Shown: positions 42,301-50,766, numbered from the stretch's first letter. The stretch is 64,000 nt of DNA from an uncultured Actinomycetota bacterium (GCA_963783835.1 CAWAOX010000014.1:87855-151854), one strand, 5' to 3'. A program made the numbers and translations. Notes: generated by a model not told the origin, from the sequence alone.

Positions 42301-42910
42301 CGGCGTCTAGAATCGGGCCATCAACCGAGAAGGCATCGACCGAGATGCTCGTCCCGGTGGCCAAATCGTTCTTGGTCCCCGTCCATTCGATCTCGACCGA
42401 ATGAGTGCCGTAGTCGAGCACACCGGTATCCCAGACCGCCCCGTACCCCACAGTGGACGAGTACAGATCGACCGTCTGATAGCCTGAGCCGTCCGCGTGC
42501 GCTTTGGCCTTGCCGTACGTAGGACCCGTCTTGGCGTACCACGTCAGATGCGTGCCAAGAAAGACGACCATGACAGATGAGTCCGAGTTGGCGAACCAGT
42601 AGGATCCACCTGAAGCCTTCGCGTCGGTCGCCGAGGCCCAGGCGCCCCAGTAGTAATAGCGAGCGTCGTTCTGTTGGTAGAGAATATCGGCCGCCGCGGA
42701 CAGCGAGCCGGCCTCGGCGGCGGCCATCGAGGGCACGCTTGCCTTGCCGTCGATGCCCTGATACTTCTCAAGGCCACGATCCGAAGCCGACGCGGTCCCG
42801 GCCAGCACAAGCGCGCTCAGAACGAAGGCGGCCAGAATGGCCACGGCGATGCACAAGAGGCGAGGGTCCCACTTCTTCTCATGGCGTACGGCCCGGCTAC
42901 CGGCTCTCAT
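39380..42910 (-). CDS. Large secreted surface protein, paralog of 33379-36963
   Basis: Same domain order; near-identical peptide YEQTDPHIYYTPAWTPYSAPLASGGSYSYSSATNA. Confidence 0.85.
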   Translation of the reverse strand: MRAGSRAVRHEKKWDPRLLCIAVAILAAFVLSALVLAGTASASDRGLEKYQGIDGKASVPSMAAAEAGSLSAAADILYQQNDARYYYWGAWASATDAKASGGSYWFANSDSSVMVVFLGTHLTWYAKTGPTYGKAKAHADGSGYQTVDLYSSTVGYGAVWDTGVLDYGTHSVEIEWTGTKNDLATGTSISVDAFSVDGPILDADGKGTGTISGTVKNSSGTGLAGVYVTAMNLALGPVGVTVTRSNGSYSLTELPNELVVVQTYNLKDYIDEWYNDIPYPGHVDASGATWLNLAATPSRTGINFSLAAGRSISGYVRDAQSNPLFNQEVDVYDLSGSLVNSMPTDGNGFYSFQGMPAGQYRVCTFNDLGYVDEWYDNHPVISDPDGSSASIVDIRTSSATGKDFVLETGRTIAGRVYGPSGALADVEVRVQPSTGGISLYAWTDSTGLYQMEALPPGLYVANTANDQGYVDEWYNNDPAPADLFGENAQVIDVTAGNQLAINFALDAGYTISGYVTDYETKLAVPDPGVYVEIYNGAGKLYAYSLVGGAAGTRYESWALPAGTYYVKTSDDYFLGYFDKWYANKPCWLYTLSDAAPVVLSTADTGSINFHMEWMNLYEQTDPHIYYTPAWTPYSAPLASGGSYSYSSATNATATIFFYGNRLDAIVMKGTTTGSADFLVDGVKTDTINLAAAAPAYNVKVFTTGILPSGPHKVEIKYTSGNASGKRITLDAVEVAGELTYAVPMITSVTPNTGHTLGGDSVVITGTDLGAAASVTFGNLLATITSNSATQIVAVTPAHVAGPARIQVTTSAGTTTDTPADDFTFAVPGVPTITSLSPNAGSVDGGTTVTITGTNFAGLSGPSAVTFGGVDAKSYIRVSATTITAVAPAHAAGTVRVQVVAAGGTTADLPTADFTYTTTPPVTRYDQTDTNIVKTGTWANYTSAASYMGSYGRSSTGGASATIWFTGTQLDYIAMKGTTTGYADIYLDGAKKTTVNLAATSATYQQLVWSTGTITNGLHSVKIVRSASSAAGKYLTLDAVDIYGTIAAPPTRYQQTDTHIAKTGVWSNFTSASASGGSYGRSLTSLASATITFNGTRLDYISTKGVTTGIVDIYLDGALTPAATIDLYGSPATYQVLVWSTGTLAPGVHTVRLVRNSGSLSTEYLTLDAVDIWETTQ

Positions 42911-43467
42911 CAGATCCTCCTCCGCTTCCTGCTGTTCACTGCCTTCGCTTTAGCCCGGACATCGTCTGCGGCGTGCTCGCCTCCCAGGCGCGGGTTCGGA
43001 TAAGTGTGGTGGGAGGGCTACCGGCAGGCAGAGAAGCGGCCGACGTTGCATGCGCCCCACTACACACAGGTCGCACTGAGTCTCTTTATCACAAATCGGC
43101 CAGGGATTCTCAGCGCAGACGTAGACCAAGATCATGGAATGCATAGGAAGGGTGAAGCCAAAGATCTAGTATGCGCGGCCCAAATTGGGTGTGAAAGAGA
43201 GAAGAAGCATGCGCCGCAAAGGCGCATAGAGGGATAAAGTGTAGTGCCCCGGTAGGCACGCCCCCGCGCCGAGGGCAACCGACCCATCCAGAATCTCCGC
43301 GCCTATCGGGTTGAGGCGCGCAGGCGAGGGGAACAAGACACCATGTTCCGCGGCGCCAGCTGGCCGCCAGCGCCCGGAACAGCCCTGCGGCGATGACCGC
43401 CTCGGTGGCCGCCTCCACATCATGGGCTTTGCGCCACATGTGGGCCTCCGCTCCAAGAGCAAAGGCC

Positions 43468-43507
43468 TTGACAACTCTACACTGTAGAGCTATTCTACGG
43501 AATAGAG
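43468..43507 (+). promoter_or_regulatory. Promoter with tandem TetR operators
   Basis: TTGACA-17 bp-TATTCT; CTCTAC-ACT-GTAGAG (43475) and TTCTACGGAATAGAG (43493). Confidence 0.8.
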
Positions 43508-43550
43508 TGGCCTATCGCCGTATGACCGGCGGAAAACAGAGAGGACGACA

Positions 43551-44264
43551 GTGGCTCCAAAGACCAGGAGATCAGTAAGTGAACGCGGGTCAACCGGACG
43601 TCGCTATCCGGAGGAGCCGCTGAGTCGCGAACGGATCGTCAGCACTGCGCTGGCCATTGTCGACGAGAAGGGGCTGCCGGCTCTCTCCATGCGCCGTCTG
43701 GCGGCTGCCCTGGGCGTCGACCCTATGGCCATCTACTACTACCTGCCCAACAGGGCCGCTCTCGAGGATGCCATCGTCGAAGCGGTGAATGTTGACATGT
43801 ACGCGGACGAGCTCTCGTTCGACTTCTCGCTTCCCCTGTACGATTTTGTGGTGGCGGCAGGGCGGTTCTATCGGACGGCCCTGCTGCGTCATCCCCACGC
43901 TGTATACCTCATGGTGGTGCGGGCCGCGCCCACGCCCACCGCCTCGAGACCAGGCGACGACATGGTGGGCAGGCTCATCGAACGGGGTCTCACTCCTGCC
44001 GAAAGCGTCGCGGCCGTTGACGTCTTTTCCACGTTTGTCACTGCCTCCGTCCTTCGGCAGGTCCAACTGCCGGTCGGGCCGGAAGGCGACCCCCATGTGC
44101 AGCTAAGGAAGATGAAGGAGGCGCTAGACGCGGGAGAGTTTCCGAATCTCGTTCGGGCGATATCTGAGGGGAACCTCAAGGATTTCGACGCTGAGTTTGA
44201 GTTCGGACTTCAGGCCCTGGCCCGTGGGTTCGCCGAAGTCGCAGCCAAACGAGCGGCCGAGTAG
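43551..44264 (+). CDS. TetR-family regulator
   Basis: LSRERIVSTAL...ALSMRRLAAALGVDPMAIYYYLPNR; FEFGLQAL. Confidence 0.9.
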   Translation: MAPKTRRSVSERGSTGRRYPEEPLSRERIVSTALAIVDEKGLPALSMRRLAAALGVDPMAIYYYLPNRAALEDAIVEAVNVDMYADELSFDFSLPLYDFVVAAGRFYRTALLRHPHAVYLMVVRAAPTPTASRPGDDMVGRLIERGLTPAESVAAVDVFSTFVTASVLRQVQLPVGPEGDPHVQLRKMKEALDAGEFPNLVRAISEGNLKDFDAEFEFGLQALARGFAEVAAKRAAE

Positions 44265-44339
44265 GGCCGAGTCAATCGTTACGGCCTGAGCAGAAGGACA
44301 GCGCAAGCTAGTCACGACCGGCCACGGAAGGGAGCGTCT

Positions 44340-45083
44340 ATGAGAGTCTTGACCGTCTATGCCCATCCCGATCCCACGTCGTTCTGCCACGCCATCCTCG
44401 AGCAGTTCACCAAGGGACTCGAGGATGCCGGCCACACGAGCGAAGTCGTCGACCTGTACGCCATTGGCTTCGACCCGGTCTTTCGCATGCAGGACTTCCC
44501 CAGCTACGTGCACCCGAGCATGCCGCCCGACATACTCGAGCAGATGGACCTGAAGAAGCGCGTGGTGGACTCCGCGGGGAATCCCGTGACGAAGCTCATC
44601 GCCAAGCGCTGGCTTCGGAACAAGGACACACTGGAAGTGGCCCGGATCATCCATGAGCACCGACCCAAGGACGTGGCGGCCCAGTGGGACAAGATCAAGA
44701 GCGCCCAAGGCTTGGCCTTCATCTCGCCTGTCTACTGGCTGCATTTCCCGGCGATCATGAAGGGCTGGTTCGAACGGGTCTTCGCCTACGGCGACGCCTA
44801 CGCCTTGACGCCCGAGGGGTGGCAGGGAGAGATGGCCGGTCGAGTACCGCTCCTTGACCATGAGAAGGCTCTGGTCATCAACACGACTCTCTTCCGGCAA
44901 GAGGACTACGAGACCTACCTGAAGGAACCGATGACCCGGATCATCGACGACTGGGGACTGCGCTACCCAGGGGTCAAGAAGGTCGAACATGTCTACTTCT
45001 ATCGTGTGCCGGTGACGGACGACGAGACCAGGCGGGGCTATCTAGACCAGGCCTACCGGCTGGGCAGGGACTTCGCCGCGTAG
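44340..45083 (+). CDS. NAD(P)H-dependent oxidoreductase, flavodoxin-like fold
   Basis: VYAHPDPTSF, DLYAIGFDPV, PVYWLHFPAIMKGWFERVF. Confidence 0.9.
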   Translation: MRVLTVYAHPDPTSFCHAILEQFTKGLEDAGHTSEVVDLYAIGFDPVFRMQDFPSYVHPSMPPDILEQMDLKKRVVDSAGNPVTKLIAKRWLRNKDTLEVARIIHEHRPKDVAAQWDKIKSAQGLAFISPVYWLHFPAIMKGWFERVFAYGDAYALTPEGWQGEMAGRVPLLDHEKALVINTTLFRQEDYETYLKEPMTRIIDDWGLRYPGVKKVEHVYFYRVPVTDDETRRGYLDQAYRLGRDFAA

Positions 45084-45141
45084 CGGCTCTAGCCGTGCGG
45101 GGATTGCCAGAGGAAAGACAGCAACACTGAGGGGGTGCATC

Positions 45142-46056
45142 ATGCGTGACACAGAGCAGAGCGGCGCGGGCTCATCGACCGTCTCGATCCAAGCGAGGAT
45201 TTCAACTTTGAGCACTTCCGCATGCGGCACATGGTCGCGGAACTTCTCCGCACCGGCCTACGCCTGGCAGCGAGGCGCCGGATTTCAAACTGCCGTCCAC
45301 CGACGGTCCGCCCGTGCAGTTGAGCGACCTCCGCGGACAGCCGGTGCTCCTCCACTTCGTGAGCTACACGTGCCCAGTCACGCGCGGAGGCGTGGCAACG
45401 ATGGAAGAACTGTACCGGCTCTACGGCGAGCAGGTGCGGTTCGTCGAAGTGCTCATCCGTCAAGCCCACCCCGGGGAGCGACACGGCGGGTACCGGTCGA
45501 ACGAGCAGAAGCTTCAGGACGCCCGCGACTACAAGCGCGAAGAGAACGTACCGTGGCCGGTACTGATCGATGACCTCGCCTGCAGCGTGCAGCGCGCGTA
45601 TGGTGGTTTGGCCGCCGCCGCCTACCTCATCGACAGCCGCGGAATCGTCGCCTTCTGCGGAACCTGGGGCCAGTCCCCCGCCCTACGAGACGCCCTCGAC
45701 GATCTCCTCGCCCGCGGGGGCACCGGCGCCCCAGCCGGAATAGGCACCGACCGTCGACCGCACCTCGCCGCCGCCATCGTCGCCGGCGCGACGGCCCCGC
45801 GCGTGGCGGACGCCAAGCCCTGATCGACCTCGAACTCGGGTTCCCCGGCGGGAACATCCTCATGCTTGTCGGAGGAGCCCTTCGGCCACTGCTCGCGCCA
45901 CTCGCGCTTCGCACCACGCCGATCCCACCGAAGGAACGTGCCGCTCTTCTCGCCGGCCTCGTCGGCGCATGCGTCGCTGTTGGTCTCGGCACGAGACGTA
46001 TTCGGCGTTACGGCTCTACGAAGCGCTCGGCTTCCTCGAATCTCTCCCCATCATGA
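45142..46056 (+). CDS. Deiodinase-like/peroxiredoxin-fold protein with C-terminal TM; frameshifts near 45170-45270 and 45790
   Basis: APDFKLP, PVLLHFVSYTCP, IRQAHP, VLIDD. Confidence 0.7.
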
Positions 46057-46173
46057 CGCCGGACCCAGTGGCGGCCCGTCGCGAGGCCCGGTCGAGCCCT
46101 TTTCCCAAGGGAAGTCTTCGAGCGATCGCCACCGAGACCGCCACAAAGGTCCAGGTGGTTGTCGACCGCTTGC

Positions 46174-46539
46174 TCATCGGGTTTCCTTCCTGGGGACGAG
46201 TACGCTGTAGAGGATCTGAGCCCCGACGGCTATCAGGAGGATCGGGAACACCGGCAAATTGAGTCCCGCCATCGAGGAGAACCCTGCAGCTATCGCAGCG
46301 AGCCCGAGGACAGCGGTGAAGCCGTTGATCCGCAGGCCCTTGAGATGCCGGACGACGTTCATCCCGACCATGATGAGCCCCGTACCCACCAACCACGTGC
46401 CTTCCGGCACCCAGCCCGACGGCAGCAGCGTGAGCCCGCCGATCATGATGAGGAACAGCGCCCAACCTATCCGTTCGAGCTGTTGACCCAACGTACCATT
46501 CTGAACTTGGCCAGTACTTGTCGCCCCCATGGTTGTCAT
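46174..46539 (-). CDS. Small 4-TM membrane protein
   Basis: LERIGWALFLIMIGG...WLVGTGLIMVGMN...FPILLIAVG; AAGGAG RBS. Confidence 0.7.
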   Translation of the reverse strand: MTTMGATSTGQVQNGTLGQQLERIGWALFLIMIGGLTLLPSGWVPEGTWLVGTGLIMVGMNVVRHLKGLRINGFTAVLGLAAIAAGFSSMAGLNLPVFPILLIAVGAQILYSVLVPRKETR

Positions 46540-46619
46540 TGCCGATACTCCTTTCCGACTCTGTGATCGACTCGGCCCTATCGGGCCGCTCTTATGGCTA
46601 CGGTGAGACGCTGCATTGT

Positions 46620-46784
46620 TCACGCGGTCCGAGCGCGGAGTTCCGCCTGGTAGATCTTCCAGCCGGGCCACCAGGTCTTGTGCCAGCGATGGATGCGAGC
46701 GGAGACCGAACCGGGCTTTGCCGCCCCCCGGCAGCGAATGCTGCAGTTCTCGCACTTGTGTAGTTTCATCATGTTCTCGACCAT
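46620..46784 (-). CDS. Small CxxC / W-H-rich hypothetical protein (54 aa)
   Basis: GGAGG RBS; KCENCSIR...RWHKTWWPGWKIY. Confidence 0.6.
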   Translation of the reverse strand: MVENMMKLHKCENCSIRCRGAAKPGSVSARIHRWHKTWWPGWKIYQAELRARTA

Positions 46785-46839
46785 GTCACGCCTCCTCGGT
46801 GCTCCTGCGTTTCTCTCGGTATCCCTGATGACCAAGCCC

Positions 46840-47032
46840 TCAGGCCGCCATCAGCTCTTCCAGCGTCTCCCGCGTCTCTGGGTCCCGCACGTAGGATTGA
46901 AGAACACTCATGACTTGCGCCCATCCCGAGGACGTGGCCACCAGAAACTCGTCCAGAAAGTGAAGACGTTCCTCGTCGGGCAGAGCTCGTCTGGCCCCGG
47001 TTCAGTTCGGCTACTGAAGTTGCTGTACACAT
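46840..47032 (-). CDS. Small hypothetical protein, frameshift in a G run near 46995
   Basis: MCTATSVAELNR, then ARRALPDEERLHFLDEFLVATSSGWAQVMSVLQSYVRDPETRETLEELMAA*. Confidence 0.45.
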
Positions 47033-47055
47033 CGCCTCTTCCCCCGATCTCTCTG

Positions 47056-47087
47056 TTCTACGGTATAGAACACTCTACATAGTAGAA
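47056..47087 (-). promoter_or_regulatory. Operator pair matching the 43475 motif
   Basis: TTCTACGGTATAGAA and CTCTACATAGTAGAA, upstream of the small-gene operon. Confidence 0.7.
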
Positions 47088-47286
47088 TAAGAACGCGGCC
47101 CTTCGAAGGGACCAGGCAGTTGTCGGGATTATTGCCTGGGCGGTGGGCTGGTCTTTGACCTGGCCGGAAGGACAGGAGAGCGATGCCGGGGGGCTGGAGC
47201 GTGGGCCAAACTGGAAGCTGCCCGTGGCCGACCGTGAGAGAGACCGTCCAAGAGGAACGAAACAACCGTGTCTCCCGGGCCTTCTG

Positions 47287-47325
47287 GGAGTAGCGGGGGC
47301 AGGATTTGAGACCTGCGACCTTCGG
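47287..47325 (-). pseudogene. tRNA 3'-half fragment (Met-like), probable att scar
   Basis: GTAGCGGGGGCAGGATTTGA(G)ACCTGCGACCTTCGG is the reverse complement of a T-arm plus acceptor strand, with a 1-nt insertion; no D-arm. Confidence 0.65.
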
Positions 47326-47395
47326 CCCATCTGCGTGCCGACTGAGCCGTCCATTGTGTAGTACCGAGTAGTTACTGAGTATCACCGAGTAGTCT

Positions 47396-47535
47396 GAGGT
47401 TTAGGAAACCCCCGTCCCGCCGTCCACGGCGTATCACGGAGTATCACTGAGTGCAGAAAACAGGCTGTAAACCTTGAGATTTCGTCCACTTAGTATCACT
47501 GAGTATTAACTGGGTAGGGGTAACGGTAGGGGTGA
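47396..47535. repeat. att/arm-like element copy A, starting with 15 bp of the tRNA-Arg anticodon arm
   Basis: GAGGTTTAGGAAACC...CGTCCAC...GAGTATCACTGAGT...TTTCGTCCAC..AGTATCACTGAGT...GGTAGGGGTAACGGTAGGGGT. Confidence 0.8.
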
Positions 47536-47540
47536 GGCAG

Positions 47541-47611
47541 GCTGCCGGTGATTCCCGAGGAGTAGTTAGGAGTCGCGAGCACAGCGCCCGCGCGCGGGTC
47601 GGCCGTCCACG
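47541..47611 (+). repeat. 71-bp direct repeat, copy 2
   Basis: Matches 39304-39374 with one mismatch. Confidence 0.9.
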
Positions 47612-47731
47612 GTGTATCAGCGAGTATCACCAAGTGCACGAACCACCCTGCAAACCTTGATGTTTCGTCCACTGAGTATCACTGAGTGTTATCGGGTAGG
47701 GGTAACGGTAGGGGTAAGCGTAGGGGCGGTA
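47597..47731. repeat. att/arm-like element copy B
   Basis: GGCCGTCCAC...GAGTATCAC...TTTCGTCCACTGAGTATCACTGAGTG...GGTAGGGGTAACGGTAGGGGTAAGC. Confidence 0.8.
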
Positions 47732-48134
47732 ACCATCCCCGTCGGCCACGTGATCGAACTGAGAACTCTGGGCAGCCAGCCCGGGTGGGCCGCCAGGAGA
47801 GAGACCCGTAGCATACAACCGCCGCCAGCCCGTACCGCAGAGCGACCCCGCGCATCGCGCGGCCACGCGGACCAAACGAGGTTAGTGCGGAGGCCTCCCG
47901 TGTCCGCCCGAACGAACGCTGACCAGGCTCAGGTCCACGGCGGGGGTCCGCTGATCGACTCCTACCATAGGACCGCCCGCCCCGGGAACAGTCGCTGGCT
48001 GGGACATCGGCCCCGACGTTCCGGACGGATTCCCCGCGACCGGCTTCGCGAACCCGCGATCGTCGACGCCGAGGGCATGCGACGCATTGAACAGATGATC
48101 GTGGGCCGGAGCTAGGACGGGGGCACGGACCCGA

Positions 48135-48275
48135 ATGGGCGAGATTCGCTATCAGATCGAGGAGTCCCAAGTCGATGTCCTTCCTGTTGGAGATCACCGC
48201 TTCTAAAGGAACAAGCACAAGCTCTTCTTCCCCCGGGTCCCGATCATCACGTCCGTGTCGCCAGCAAGCAAAGCC
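48135..48275 (-). pseudogene. Probable 3' fragment of a 6-phosphofructokinase gene
   Basis: ALLAGDTDVMIGTRG/EELVLVPLEAVISNRKDIDLGLLDLIANLA resembles the PfkA C-terminus. Confidence 0.45.
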
Positions 48276-48356
48276 TACTTGGCGAGCGGTCTGGCGACCG
48301 GGGCCGCGTTCACGTTAACATTCGATGTTGTGGGTATCTTTGCCTGGGCGGTCGAC

Positions 48357-48956
48357 ATGGAATTCAGACGCGCGACAGCAGACGACTATCCGGCCATCTT
48401 CCGGCTCCAGACAGCCAACCTGCTTGCCAATCTGGAGCCCGGAGAGCGTGACGGTGGCTTCCTGGCTGCCGGATTCACCGTTCCGCAGATCGATCAGATT
48501 GCGAGGGACCTTGGGATCATCGTGGCTGAGGACCGAGGCATTGTGGTGGGGTGTGTCTGCAGCCTTCGGCCCGAGTTCGAGCATAGCCCCCCGGCCATGA
48601 CCGAGATGGTCCGCCGACTGGACCAGGTACGGTTTGGTGGCAGGCTCCTGTGCGAGCAACGGCCGTTCGTCTACGGCCCCGTGGTCATCGACCGGGCGAA
48701 GCGCGGCAGTGGTGGACTGCGCGGTCTTTACCAGAGACTGCTGCAAGAAATGGTGGGCAGCTTTGATGTGGGCGTCGCTTTGGTGGCGGAGGAGAACCGC
48801 CATTCAGTGGATGCTCATGTGCGCGGGCTGGGCATGACGGCGATCGGCGGATTCGAGTGCGGCGGCCGCCGCTTCTTGATCCTTGCGTTCTCAGTGTCTT
48901 CGGGCGAAACGAGCCTGATGCCCCCGGTAGGACTCGAACCTACGCACGAGGTTTAG
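48357..48956 (+). CDS. GNAT-family acetyltransferase-like protein
   Basis: FRRATADDYPAI, YGPVVIDRAKRGSG, ENRHSVDAH; stop codon lies inside the tRNA fragment. Confidence 0.75.
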   Translation: MEFRRATADDYPAIFRLQTANLLANLEPGERDGGFLAAGFTVPQIDQIARDLGIIVAEDRGIVVGCVCSLRPEFEHSPPAMTEMVRRLDQVRFGGRLLCEQRPFVYGPVVIDRAKRGSGGLRGLYQRLLQEMVGSFDVGVALVAEENRHSVDAHVRGLGMTAIGGFECGGRRFLILAFSVSSGETSLMPPVGLEPTHEV

Positions 48957-48962
48957 GAAACC
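48919..48962 (-). repeat. Displaced 3' fragment of tRNA-Arg(CCT), distal att site
   Basis: 44-bp exact match to 58254-58297. Confidence 0.92.
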
Positions 48963-49101
48963 CCGGTTCGGTCGTCCATCGAGTATTACTGAGTATTACC
49001 GCGTTCAAAAACACGTCGGAAATCACCCGATTTCGTCCACTGAGTATCACTGAGTGTTACCGGGGTAGGGGTAGCGGTAGGGGTAAGCATAGGGCGGTAG
49101 G
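48963..49101. repeat. att/arm-like element copy C
   Basis: GTCGTCCAT.GAGTATTACTGAGTATTAC...TTTCGTCCACTGAGTATCACTGAGTG...GGTAGGGGTAGCGGTAGGGGTAAGC. Confidence 0.8.
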
Positions 49102-49162
49102 GTCGACGGGGAGGGTCAAGCGTTAGTTGTGAAGAAAATTCGCGCAGACCGACGAACCGGAC

Positions 49163-50766
49163 CTACCGGGTGAAGGCCCAGGTGTCGTTGAGAGAGGCTT
49201 TGCCGGTGATTCCACCAAACATAACCAGCCGATCCGTGGATGGGACGTAGATCAGCGAGGCGGACTGGCGTGCGGCCGGTGCGTCCCCCTTCGGTCGCAG
49301 CTCAGTCCAGGTGTTCGTGACAGAGTCGTATTCCCAAGTGTCTCCGAGCAAGCCCAGGACTGCGCCCACCCCTCCGTTGAACCCTCCGTACATGACCGTA
49401 TGGTTGTCCGCTGAGTTATACGCCATCGGAGTACCATTTCGCCCTTTGGGCAGGGTCCCCGAGGGTTTGAGTTCGGTCCAGGTATTGGCGGTGGAATCGT
49501 AGGCCCAGGTGTCGTTGAAGTCCTCTGGAATGTGGGGTCCTCCGAAAACGATCATCAGGCCCTTCGAGGAGTCGTGGGCCATGCCATGGTCACTACGGGA
49601 GGGGGCAGCGTCCCCGAGGGTGTTAGCTCGGTCCAGCTGTTGGCGATGGGATCGTAGGCCCAGGTATCGTTCAGAAGCATCTCTTCGGGAATCGGTTCGG
49701 GGCCTCCCACTTGTGCATACCTGCCGCCGAACAGGATGATGCGCCGAGTGACTGGATCATAGGCCATCGAGTGGCCTCCGCGCGCCGAGGGTACCGTCCC
49801 TGAGGGGACCAGGTCTTTCCACTCGTTAGTCGCGGAATCATAGGCCCAGGTGTCGTTCCGGAAGAGGTTGGCGTCGAAACCTCCGAATAGAATCAGCCGG
49901 TGAGTGACCGGATCGTAGGCCATCGAGTGGCCGGCGCGCGCCGAGGGTACCGTCCCCGAGGGGACCAGGTCTTTCCACTCGTTAGCCGCTGGATCGTAGG
50001 CCCACGTGTCGCCGTAGAAGATGAATGAAGAGTTCTTGCCCCCGAATGCGATCACCAAGTCATCGACGGAGTCGTAGGCTAGACTGGTGCTGTCGCGCCC
50101 AGCCGGCGGCGTCCCCGAGGGGCTGAGTCTGGTCCAGGTGCCACGTTGGGCCAGACTGCTGTTATGGTGCTGCAGGCCCAGGCCCAGGCCGAGTCCGAGG
50201 CCGACGGTCACGAGCAGCACGGCGGAGGCGAGGGCGATAACCCAGGTCCTGCGGCTCGGTCTTCTCGGTCTCGCAGTCGCCTCGCCGGCGCCGATCTCGG
50301 GCTCCTCGGCAAGCTCTGGAGCAGCGATCTCGGGGGGGGCAGGAGCCTTGGCCTGCTCGTAGACCCCGGACAATTGCTCCCGCACGGCGGCAACGATCTC
50401 GTCACGCCTATCCTCGACGCCCCCACGGGCCTCGAGCCACTGCCAGAGGTTCAGGTAGTACTCCAGGGAAGCGTTGGGAATGGAGTCATCCAGGTGGACG
50501 GAGAGCACAGGCCGCTCGTAGGATATGGCCCTCTCGATCTCGCGAAGCACGTAGGGGGAGGAATTGGCAGAAGCGGAGAAGATGAGCAGCACAAGGTCCG
50601 AGTTGCGGATGGCCGCGATGCTCGCGGCCGCTTTGTCAGTGCTTGTCATCGCGTCGCGGGAAGCCAGCCAGCAGCCGATGCCATCGGCCTCGAGCAGCGC
50701 GTAGACGCGGGAAGCTGCCTCTTGATCCTGCTGTGCGTAGCTCAGGAAGACGCTGCGAGCCGTCAT
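49163..50766 (-). CDS. TIR-TM-kelch repeat protein 1, frameshift near 49600
   Basis: VFLSYAQQD...SPYVLREIERA; TM WVIALASAVLLVTVGLGLGLG; FGG..NDTWAYD repeats continue in ORF 49163-49582. Confidence 0.88.

Noticed and set aside
33379-42910. Diversity-generating retroelement template/variable repeats
   Set aside because: No reverse transcriptase in the window, and the mismatches do not look adenine-specific.
42911-43440. Riboswitch in the long leader of the surface protein gene
   Set aside because: Only a short hairpin (TGCGCC-GCAAA-GGCGCA); no full aptamer pattern recognised.
45360-45385. Selenocysteine in the deiodinase-like protein
   Set aside because: The codon is TGC (Cys).
47340-47735. 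CRISPR array or iteron origin for the GAGTATCACTGAGT repeats
   Set aside because: No regular repeat-spacer period, no cas or rep gene; repeats are tied to tRNA fragments.
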